Assembly (NCBI RefSeq): GCF_009914755.1
Contig: NC_060925.1
Direction: 5' to 3' (one strand)
DNA from: the human T2T-CHM13v2.0 reference genome, Homo sapiens
DNA: 64,000 nucleotides
A program made the translations under genes and the position numbers. Shown one piece after another: positions 38,047-64,000 of the stretch. Numbering within the stretch: the stretch's first letter is position 1; every line of letters starts with the position of its first letter. The notes below the pieces were generated by a model. The model searched no databases and was not told the DNA's origin. It saw nothing but the letters and a program-made list of their open reading frames with translations.

Positions 38047-38083
<37 letters not shown>

Positions 38084-38540
38084 AAGCAGAGTCTCAAAGA
38101 GACATTATAGTAGCAGACCTATGTTCACAGGAGCACTATTCACAATAGCTAAGAGGTGGAAGCAACCCAAAGTCTATCAACAGATTAATGGATAAACAAA
38201 ATGTGGTATATACATAAAGGGAATATTATTCAGCCTTAAAAAGGAAGAAAATCCTTTCATATGCTACAATATAACTGAAACTTGAAGACATTATACTGAG
38301 TGAAATAAGCCAAAGACAAATATTGCATGATCCCACTTACTTATACGAGGTAACTGAAGTAGACAAAATCATAGAAACAAAGTAAAGGTTGGTTACCAGG
38401 GGTTGCGTGATAGGGGAAACGACGAGTCACTGTTTAATGGGTACAGAGTTTCAGATGTGCAAGATGAAATCTGGAGATCTGCTTCAAAACAATGTTAATA
38501 TGCTTAGTATCACTTAACAATACACTTGAAAATGGTTATG
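36781..38540 (+). mobile_element. L1M 3' fragments (two pieces), with AluY insertion
   Basis: cccaaatgtccacc...tattattcagccataaaaa; second piece at 37855-38540. Confidence 0.8.
37227..37532 (-). mobile_element. Young CpG-rich AluY-subfamily element
   Basis: T26 tail, perfect 14-bp TSD tgaattgtatactt (37215, 37533), most CpGs intact. Confidence 0.95.
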
Positions 38541-38543
38541 ATG

Positions 38544-39474
<931 letters not shown>

Positions 39475-39862
39475 ATGAAGTTTTTTAAAACTGCAATGAT
39501 AAAAAAAAGGAAATCGTACGGGCCTAGAATTGTTCTGGTAGATTTTTTAAATCACTAATTAAATTTCTTTTATGGTGACAAAATTAAAAAGATTTTCAAC
39601 TTCTTTTCAAGTCAGTTTTGGTAAGATTTGCTTAGTTATTTTTAAAAAGTGCTTTCCCTATTAAAGCTATCTTTTCATAGCTCACTAAATTGTCTAATAT
39701 TTAATTCTGTGTAGTTACCATGTAAATCCTATCAGAAAGTATCAAATACCCATTTGAAGCCATAATCCATTAAATGAAACATCTACAAACGAGACAGATT
39801 ACAATCATAAGAATTTGCACCAAAGCAGCAGTTGCATTACCACAGTTCTATCTTCACCTTCA

Positions 39863-40197
<335 letters not shown>

Positions 40198-40468
40198 CAC
40201 ACACTAAGTCATCTCCAAGTTCAAAGCATTCTGCAAACAATCGCAAGGCAGAGCCACCAGAAACATACACCTGATTTTCATGACAAATACAGTAATGCTG
40301 TATTAGCTAGTGGAGCCACTTTCTCTATTGCTGTATGGACTTATGTAGCAACTCAAATTGGAATAGAATGGAACCTGTCCCCTGATGGGAGAGTCACTCC
40401 GAAGGAATGGAGAGATCAGTAATCATCCCAGCTGGTGTAATACTGAATTGTTTTAAAAACAGCTCATC

Positions 40469-41120
40469 AGCTGGGCACGGTGGCTCACACCTGTAATCCC
40501 AGAACTTTGGGAGGCCGAGGAGGGCAGATCACGAGGTCAAGTTCGAGACCAACCTGGCCAACATGGTGAAACCCCGTCTCTACTAAAAATACAAAAATTA
40601 GCTGACATGGCGACTTGCACCTGTAATCCTAGCTACTTGGGAGGCTGAGGCAGGAGAATCGCTCGAACTGAACCCAGGAAGCGGAGGTTACGGTAAGCCA
40701 AGATCACGCCACTGCACTCCAGCCTGGGTGACAGAGTGAGACTCTGTCTCAAAACAAAACAAAACAAAAAACAGCTCATCAGCTGGAAACAGTGGTTCAT
40801 GCCTATAATCCTAGCACTTTGGAAGGCTGAGGCAGGTGGATCACCTGAGGTCAGAAGTTCGAGACCAGTCTAGCCTGGCCAACACAGCGAAACCCCATCT
40901 CTACTAAAGATAGAAAAATCAGTAGGGTGTGGTCACGGGTACCTACAATCCCAGCTACTCAGAAGGCTGAGGCATGAGAATCGCTTGAACCCCGGGGCTG
41001 GGGTGGAAGGGGGAGGTGGGGGCAGAGGTTGCAGTGAGCCAAGATTGCGCCACTTCACTCCAGCCTAGCCAAAAGAGCAAAACTCCGCCTCAAAAAAATA
41101 AATTAATTAATTAAATAAAA
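40469..41120 (+). mobile_element. Two tandem AluS in the COX7B retrocopy 3'UTR
   Basis: 40469-40770 and 40781-41120; aaaaacagctcat occurs at 40455, 40767 and 41118. Confidence 0.95.
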
Positions 41121-41349
41121 AACAGCTCATAATTGAAGCCAAGTAAAAGCACTGTGTACCCATTAAGATATGGCATAAATGAAGAAATAAAGTATATTTG
41201 AAACCTTCAAAAAAATTACAATGATGACTGCTTCTTGTGGAAATTAACTTACACATGGAAATTATAGGCATCTCAAATATAAAAACTGATGAATAATAAA
41301 TCCACATACAGCATTCCCTATTTTAACCTTGAGTACAGGGCAATCATTT

Positions 41350-42624
<1,275 letters not shown>

Positions 42625-42724
42625 CAAGACTTTTTATCTAAGCAAAGGCTCCAGATACATGAGATACTAGACTATTACAGAGTACTATTATTTTTTTAAT
42701 ATGGAAAGGAATAAATCAAAGAGA

Positions 42725-42869
42725 CCAGGAAGCGGAGGTTACAGTGAGCCAAGATCACGCCACTGCACTCCAGCCTGGGTGACAGAGCGAGACTCCATCT
42801 CAAAACAAAACAAAACAAAACAAAAACAGAAACACAGCTTTCTATATGACTGTATCATCATTTACTTAA
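42725..42869 (+). repeat. Composite local duplication (Alu 3' fragment plus 43-nt copy of 43468-43510)
   Basis: The 43-nt segment matches 43468-43510 at 41/43 positions. The Alu part shares private variants with 40674-40774. Confidence 0.8.
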
Positions 42870-43544
42870 AAAGACCATCCTACCTATCCTTCACAGTCCA
42901 AGTTCAAATATGATTATCTCCAAAGTCTTTCTTCGACTCTAGCCTACATCTTTCTTTTGAACTTCTCTAGCACTTGGTATCACTCTTTGCAACTTGCAAA
43001 GTTAGTTGGAATCCACTATTTAGATAATTCATACTTAGTTATCTATTGCTTATATTGTTACTCTCCTTTGAGTGTGCTTTTTTAACTAAAAATTAAAATT
43101 AGAGCAATATGTGAGAAAAATATTAATACTACATAGATAAAACAATGCCTGACACAGTAACTATTCCATAAATTATAATAGTTCTCTTTGCCATTTACCA
43201 AATCTGTGACCCTGAACAATTCACCCTTACTAAAGCTCATTTTCTTCACCTATAAAGAAGAACTAATAATCTCTGTCAAATAATTGTCTTCATGTGAATA
43301 GGTGTGACCAATACAATGGTTTTGTATCTTTTCATCATTATGCCCTAAACAATCTCTTGAATATTACAGTTATTACTAACCCTTTGTACAATATACAGCA
43401 CTTTTATTACCTTAACATTATAAAATAAGTACTTTTATAAACTCTTCATAAACATAAATGTTAATAGCAGAAACACAGCTTTTTATATGAATGTATCATC
43501 ATTTACTTAATTATTCACTTAATGTTGAACATCACCCACTCTCT

Positions 43545-45965
<2,421 letters not shown>

Positions 45966-46686
45966 GCTTGAGATGGTCAGCATTTAGGCTTACCATAGAG
46001 AGGAAGTGAAGATCCAAGAAGTAATTATGCTGAACAGCAGTGGAATTTTACTGAGACACAAAATGAAAAAAAGCGGAGGGGGGAGGGTCAGCCTGGGAAC
46101 AGAAAAAGTTGGTTTTTTTTTTTTAATTTTCCCATAGAAAAAGTTGAAATGACCCATAAAAAAAGAAAGATGGTCACTCACACTTGCTACATTGCTTCTC
46201 TTGTCCCAAGATTTTACCCATCCTGATCTTAGAGCCAAACATACTAGAGCCAAGTAGCCTCTAGCAAGTAAGATACGTAGCTGCCTCTAACAAAATCTCT
46301 AGCACAAGCTCTACACATTTCCCTATTACTATATCACGAAAACACTGACCTTCACAAAAGATGTATAGAGTACCTGCTATATGCCAGATACTGGGTGTTA
46401 TTTCATTACATATATATGTGAATATATATATATGGGCACATAAATATTATAATTCTTATTTAAAAATCCTTGTGAATTAAGTATTATTACTTCCATTTTA
46501 TATGACAACCATTCAATGTCACATAGTTGGTAAGCAGACCAAATTCAAACCAGTCTTCTAACAATACTTCTTCCTCTCAAGGCAGCATGTACACAAAGCT
46601 TCTCAGAAACCCAAAACATGCCCCACCGCTGCCTTCTTACCTCTGGGGGTAAGAAGGGGAATATAATTAGAAAAGGGCATGTTTTA

Positions 46687-46974
46687 GGCTCCACGCAGTG
46701 CTCATACCTGTAACCCCAGCACCTTGGGAGACTGAGGCGGGCAGATCACTTGAGGCCAGGAATTCAAGACCAGCCTGGCCAACATGATAAAACCCCATCT
46801 CTACTAAAAATACAAAAATTAGCCGCGTGTAGCTGTGTGCACCTGTAATCCCAGCTACTCAGGAGGCTGAGGCATGAGAATTGCTTGAACCCAGAGGCAG
46901 AGATTGCAGTGAGCTGAGATCACACCACTGCACTTCAGCCTGGGTGACAGAGCCAGACTCTGTCTCAAAAAAAA
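46687..46974 (+). mobile_element. AluS
   Basis: Dimer; gggcatgtttt on both sides. Confidence 0.9.
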
Positions 46975-48538
46975 GGGTGGGGGGCATGTTTTGGGTCTCT
47001 GAGAAGCTGGCTATCTATAAAATCTTTATCTAGGTGGTGGTTAAGTAGCTGTTCAATTTATATGAAGTCAACAAACTGTATGTTTATGTTTCCTACACTT
47101 TTTAGTATTATTGTATTTCACAAAAAGAAAGTTAAGTCACCATATCAGTGAGGCCTCCTCTGACTACCCAAAATAAAATAGCAATTCCATCTCTGTCCTC
47201 CATCCCCCTTAAGCCAGTAGTTGTTTTCTCTATAATATTTATCTCCACCTAACATACTATATATTCACTTCTTATTTATTGTCATATGTCCTCCTACGTA
47301 AAACAAGGACTTTGTTTTGTTCACTGTGATATGCCATGGAAAGAGAACCTGAAATAAAATACACCTTTACACCTTTCTTCAGGTTCCTATAATCCTAAAA
47401 AAGAATGTGAAACATTGTTTTTGGTTTTTTATAAAAATGGGATCTTATTATACACATTTCTTTATAACTTGTTTGTCTTACTCTACAATCTATTACAGAC
47501 ATCCCTCCAGGTAAATACATACAGACTTATAACACATTCTCTGAGTTGCGAAATATTCCACAGTACAGGTAAATGACAATTTATACTTCCTACTATTGAT
47601 GGATATTCAGGCTGTTTTTAGTAGCAAATATTGGAAACATTATAAAAATATCCATACATATACCTTTATATGTTGATACTTTTATTTCTACAGAACAGAT
47701 TCCCAGAAGAGCTATTTTACTATATATTGACAAACTTTCCAAAACAGCTGCAGCAATTCACATCTCCACCAATAGTGAAGCTAATTCATGAATCTTAAGA
47801 GTTAATTTTCTTATAATTTATACACTTGCTTTCAAAAAGGATGAGGCAGTTTAAACATCTGAAAACTAAAAATTACTTTAGCAACTAAAACCTGGAAGCA
47901 TTCCATTCTCACTGTGATCTCTCCCCCACCCTACGAACTCAGTAATATCTGATTTACTATCATCCGCTCTAGTCCCCAAACCTAGAAGTAGCAGAAGCCA
48001 CTCTCCTCTCCTGCCCAAGTGAAGCCTAAGAGAAAAAGAATCCCACCAAAAGGAGAGAACCTGGGCCATTTCACCATTCCCTCATTTTTATGTAAGAGGC
48101 CATATAATCCAAATCTGTCCTTCTTCCTCAACTTGCTTCTCTTGGTTTATACTACCACCATCTACCAAGCTAGAAAACCAAAAGTCATTCTAGATTATTT
48201 CATTTTCCTCAGAATAGCCTCGAAGCCCACCAATCCTACTTTTTAAACAACTCTACTATTCATTCTCACTGCTACAATCTTAGCCTTAGGCTTTCATAAC
48301 ATCTTTCTTCTGTACTAAAATAGCCTCCTAACCAGTTTTCCTTCTTTAATCTTATTCTCCTCCAATCTATTTTTTACCTTACAGCCACTGTACTCTCTTC
48401 CCTACTTAAAACCAATCAGTGGCTTCCCAAATGCCTGCAGGATAAAATTCAACCCCTAAATATAGCCTTCGGGGCCTTTCATGATCTGGACCGCACCTAG
48501 TGGTCCAGATTCATCTAATACCACTTCCTATCTCTCAA

Positions 48539-48923
<385 letters not shown>

Positions 48924-49594
48924 TAAACCAATCATTCCCTATTTCATTTATATATTCTTCTATTGCTATACTTTGACATTCATTCAATCAATATTTACTG
49001 AATACTTTGTATGTGCCAGAGACAGGGCTAGGTATTGAAGATCCAGCAACTAATTATGGACTCAGTCCTTATCCTGATGGAATTTATAATTTAATGAGGA
49101 CTAAAGACACTAAACGATAATAAGTATGGTTAAGGATTATAAAGGTGGTAGGTAGTACAGTATCTATTAAAAATATATTTTAGATGACAGGAGAAAGAGA
49201 AGGAATTATAAAGAGGAGCGATGCATGGGTATATTTACAGATATGTCTTTCATAATTACAGTCTGAGCTTCTTGAGGACAGGGATTATGTAATCTTCATA
49301 TCCCTAGCCAGGACAGTAAACAGCAACGTATAGTAACGTACACTGACTAAACTACAAAGATCACTGCCCTATTCACTCCTGGGCTGATCACTGTGACTAT
49401 GCAAGTGCTCTCATTGACGAGGCCTAGATCACGTGCCCACCCTTAAACCAATGGGTTAGGCCAACCACCCAAGCCACATCATTCCAAATGAAGGAGGAGT
49501 GGTTCCAAGAGAAAAATCAGGAAGTTCTTACCTAAATAAGAGGGAAGAGGGAAGAGAAAGTAGATATGCAAAAAAACCAGCAGTCCTCTCTTCA

Positions 49595-50600
<1,006 letters not shown>

Positions 50601-50689
50601 ATCCACCACATCAAGTTACACATGTACTCTTAAACACCATAGAAAATGTACTAGAAAATACAGCCTAGTCAGCATCCTCTCTCTAAATT

Positions 50690-50785
50690 AAGGTTGCTAG
50701 ATTTAGCAAATAAAAATATAGGACACACAGTTAAATTTGAATTTCAAATAAACAATGAATAATACTGCATGGTCCATACTGCATA
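50690..50785. mobile_element. MER33-like fragment
   Basis: aggttgctagatttagcaaataaaaata...ttatctggcaa. Confidence 0.7.
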
Positions 50786-51419
50786 TATTTTATCTGGCAA
50801 TACTAAATTTCAAGGGCTGAACACTAGGAACCAGTCCCAGTTAGAGAGATATGATAGCAGCTCTTATATAGTTTATGACTATCTGGAGAAAAACTAAATT
50901 CCAAGTCCCGAATTAATGTCCTGCAACAGGTCTGAACCACCTCGTTGTCCTTCTAAAACTAAACAGACTTTTTTTCCAAAAGCCAAAACATATTATATCC
51001 TCTACCACAGATAAGTATGACAGAAACAAAAATGTTGCTATATTTGAGTATTCATAGCTTCTTTTCTTTGCTCTCTTGGTTCCTGGCCCTTATTGTACAG
51101 ATCAGAATAATGACACGGGCAAAGGAGAGAGTTTAATGGGAGACAGGTACTCACGGAATAGAAACTTAATAGGTTTGAGAAGGGTTACAAAAGAAACGCA
51201 AAAATAAGACTGCTCAAGTTGTCATGAGTTGGTAAGTTTTAAGAGAGAAGAAAGTTTGGGATTAACCATGCCAAACATGAAGAAATAGGATTTTAAGTAG
51301 TATTGTAGTTTTATGAATGTAAACCCCTTTGGCATTTTTGAGAGGATGGAATAAATACTTAAATTACTTTTCAATTTAATTTGAATATTAGGCTGGTTCT
51401 TCCTCTGAATGGGACGCTA

Positions 51420-55851
<4,432 letters not shown>

Positions 55852-55919
55852 TTAACTTTGAAAAAGTAAAAAATAACTTGCTAATACTGTTTATTGACAA
55901 AGACAGTAACACTGAAGAG

Positions 55920-56457
55920 AGTTATGGTTTTCCAAATTACTTTCCTAGCATCAATTCTCTCCCTCTTCCTCTTTAACAGAATCTCTCCCCAATACAACCA
56001 TATACCTCAGTAGAAGCCAACACCATTCCAGATTGAGAAACGTGATTAACCTAAGGGTTATTTACTGGTGACTGGTTCAGGAACTAGCCTATGACCCAAT
56101 TCTGGCCAAAAAGATGGGAAAGAAGTTTGCTAGAGGTTTTTGTAGAAAGTTTCCTCTATCCAAAAACAGTGGCACAGGAAGAGATACTTTTCCTCTTCTT
56201 TTGGAAGTTGTTATTTATGGATATGATATGATGCCTGGAATCACCGCAACCATTTTGCTACTAGCCTGAGGATGAAGCCAGTCCCAAGGATGGCAGAATT
56301 GAGCAATATATGGCTAAGCAAAATATGGGTTTATACTGACATTGTTGAACTACTGAAATCAACTAACTCTATTAAATGAGAAGATAAAATTTATTATTTT
56401 TAAAGCCATTTTGAATTAGTTCTGTTGCTTGCAGCTGAAAACATATGAATTAAACAC
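55920..56457 (+). mobile_element. MLT1-family LTR
   Basis: tgactggttcagg...tgacccaattctggccaa...cctgaggatgaagcca...gttgcttgcagctgaaa. Confidence 0.7.
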
Positions 56458-56749
56458 TTTTTATAAAATACATCCCAGAACTAATATCAGAAAAAAAGGT
56501 TGTGGTTAATTCTATAAATGTCTATTAGAAGTTCAACATAAATTAGACCATATTGAGTGACCCTGTTGTAAAAAGGTCACTCTATCCTCTATGGAAAAAA
56601 AAGCTTAATACATATGTAAGAACAGAATCTAAAGCAATATATTTCCAGCACAACAATTCCTTTCAGCAAGACCTTTTTCAGAGCAATTTTCATTCAGATT
56701 TTTAATTTTGATTCATAATTGAATTTTTCTTAAGTTTATAAATAAATAC

Positions 56750-60345
<3,596 letters not shown>

Positions 60346-60965
60346 TTAAAAATTAAAATTAAAATTAAAAAAGCATTCAGCATCAAAACAATGAGAATAA
60401 ATTTTAAAAGCATTATCAAATGGGAGAATCACCATACTTCTAGTGAAACATAGTTGGATACACTATACATTATAATATATTAAATGAAAGCAATGACTAA
60501 TCTTTTTCAATAAGAAGACAAAAAAACTGGCATGGCTTTTACATCATTTGATTATATAAGCATTTGTCCCAAACGACAATATCATTAAAAACTGACAACT
60601 AGATCATAAAAGAAACATCTTACTACACACAGGAGAAGTATTTATATAAGATGAATCCAAATGTGCAGGGTTAAAAATAAAAATTCAACCACATAAGGCT
60701 GCTTAACCTGTTAACAGTAAGGATCATGAAGTGGCAGATGACCTATTTATTCTATGTAGCTCTCAGCAGATATTTTCCCCAACCATAGGGCCAGTGTACC
60801 AGTTTTCCACCAAAATGTTACTTAATCTAAATTGTGCCAGGTTGAAAATACCAAGTATGTCAAGGTAAGCAAATAAGCTTCTTCGAAACCACCTTTGTGT
60901 CTGGCTTCAAAGTCAGAAGATACTTTACTAGGTTGTCCACCAAACTATATAGTCTAATTTCTAGA

Positions 60966-62195
<1,230 letters not shown>

Positions 62196-62288
62196 TCTAG
62201 ACTTTCCTATATTCATGTTTTGCAAAACAAAACTTTTCATTTTCTAATTATCTAAGGAAGAGACGTTGCTGCCCTAAAGATAATTTTA

Positions 62289-62582
62289 GGCTGGGCACGG
62301 TGGCTCATGCCTGTAATCCCAGCATTTTGGGAGGCTGAAGCAGACAGATCACTTGAGCCCAGGAGTTCAAGGCCAGCCTAGGCAACATGGCAAAACCCTG
62401 TCTCTACCAAAAAATAATTTTTAAAACATTAGCTGGGTGTGGTGGCAAGCACCTACAGTCCCATCTCCTAGAGAGGCTGAAGTGGAAGGATCATTTGAGC
62501 CCAGGAGGTTGAGGCTGCAGTGAGCCATGATCATGCCACTGTACTCTAGCCTGAGCAACAAAGGTGAGACCCTGCCTCAAAA

Positions 62583-62615
<33 letters not shown>

Positions 62616-63690
62616 TTCAGAAGTCTGTCTTGATAAGAACAAAAAAAAGCCAACAATTTTTAAAAAAGAATTGTCCATTAATTTAAAAAGGAAGTTATTT
62701 ATTACATTTTCCTAAAATGAAAACAATAACAACGTCAAAACTAAAGTGCTGAGCTAACAGACCACTAGCTACAACCTTTTGTGTATGAGTTATAATCAGT
62801 TGTGTATAGGTAATCCTCAAAAGACCAAAGGTGACGCTCTTTGAGAGGCCTCTATCCAGCTTTGCTACAGAATAATCCCAATTCCCGAAGTCATAGCAAG
62901 ACTAACCAAGATGCTTATAGGCGATTCTCTGTACTACAATCTTAACATTTCTACAATAAAAGTTTTGTTGTTGTTGTTTTTTGTAGAAATGGCATCTCTA
63001 CAAAGCTGTTCTGGTCTAGACCTCCTGGCCTCAAACGATCCTCCTGCTTTGGGCTTCCAAAGCACACTGGGATTACAGGCATTAGCCACCACACCTAGCC
63101 AAAAATAAAAAGTTTTATGTTTCATCTGAACAGTTCAGTATATCTACTGCTGCCAGGAAATACACAAACATTAAGACATTAAACTCCCATTTGGATTCAA
63201 CTTTTACATTACTATGACTGTAGATACACCAATCCATGCAGTTATTAGGAACCTTCAGGATGCACAACAATGTTAGTTATTGAAAAGATAGGCTAGAGGG
63301 AAACATCTTTGAAAAATAGTTTTTGAGGCCACTAGAAGCAATAATAGATAAAACTTGGCATTTATGGCTCAGTCTAAAATTAAGATGAAAGGCTAGGCAT
63401 AGTGGCTCACGTCTGTAATCCCAACACATTGGGAGTCCGAGGTGGGCAGATCACTTGAGGCAAGGAGCTCAGGACCAGCCTGGCCAACATGGCAAAACCC
63501 CATTTCTACTAAAAATACTAAAATTAGCCAGGCATGGTAGCATGCGCCTGTGTAGTCCCAGCTACTCGGGAGGCTCAGGGACAAGAATCCTTTGAACCCA
63601 GGATGTGGAGGTTGCAGTGAGCCGAGATAGAGCCACTGCACTCCAGACTGGGCGACACAGCGAGACTCTGTCTTGAAAATAAAATAAAGA
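62289..63690. mobile_element. Alus at 62289-62590 (+), 62960-63100 (-), 63391-63690 (+)
   Basis: Consensus matches. Confidence 0.9.
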
Positions 63691-64000
63691 TGAAAAAACA
63701 TATAAAAATATTGGCACCATTACAGTTAAGGGCCCTAAGTCAACAAATGTCTAATTCAAAAGTTATTTAGCCCTAGGCTACTACAATAGCCAAGCAATGA
63801 GTTGAGCAAGGACCTTAAGTAGAAAGGCACCTAAAGACTAGAAGGAAACAATGTTCCTTATTTACTAATTAAACATATACTGACTAAATTGTCTACTACT
63901 TGCAAGACCCTGGGCAAGCTAAGCAGCTCATGACCAGGTGGGAAGCCAATTTCATAGGGAGAAGCATACATAAATAGTACAGTAGCTTCTCTAGACAGAA

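Noticed and set aside
62700-64000. Possible PIK3R3 exon 1 or promoter
   Set aside because: No CpG island and no N-terminal coding sequence; these must lie beyond the window.

Overview
Primate, almost certainly human, genomic DNA from the 5' half of PIK3R3 (PI3K regulatory subunit p55-gamma) on the minus strand. Four coding exons reconstruct with canonical GT-AG sites and consistent phases: 15889-15997, 12764-12862, 2115-2295 and 1258-1383. They are the canonical exons 2-5 and encode the proline-rich motif, the nSH2 domain and the start of the iSH2 coiled coil. Everything above about 16 kb is the long first intron; exon 1 and its promoter are not in the window. The rest is transposon-dense: roughly 60 or more Alu/FLAM/FAM copies, L1 fragments, L2, MIR, MLT1, an MLT2 LTR with ERV-L gag remnant, and DNA transposon relics. 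None of the supplied ORFs is a host gene. I found no convincing new multi-gene system. The best observations are: (i) a COX7B retrocopy whose 80-codon frame is intact apart from one Alu; (ii) an L1PA insertion with both a twin-priming inversion and a 3' transduction; (iii) a composite locally templated insertion near 42.7 kb; (iv) a weak-donor symmetric exon paralogous to the PIK3R1 exon skipped in APDS2, next to a candidate Alu poison exon. Repeat family names and reference-protein comparisons are from recall, not searches, and repeat boundaries are approximate.
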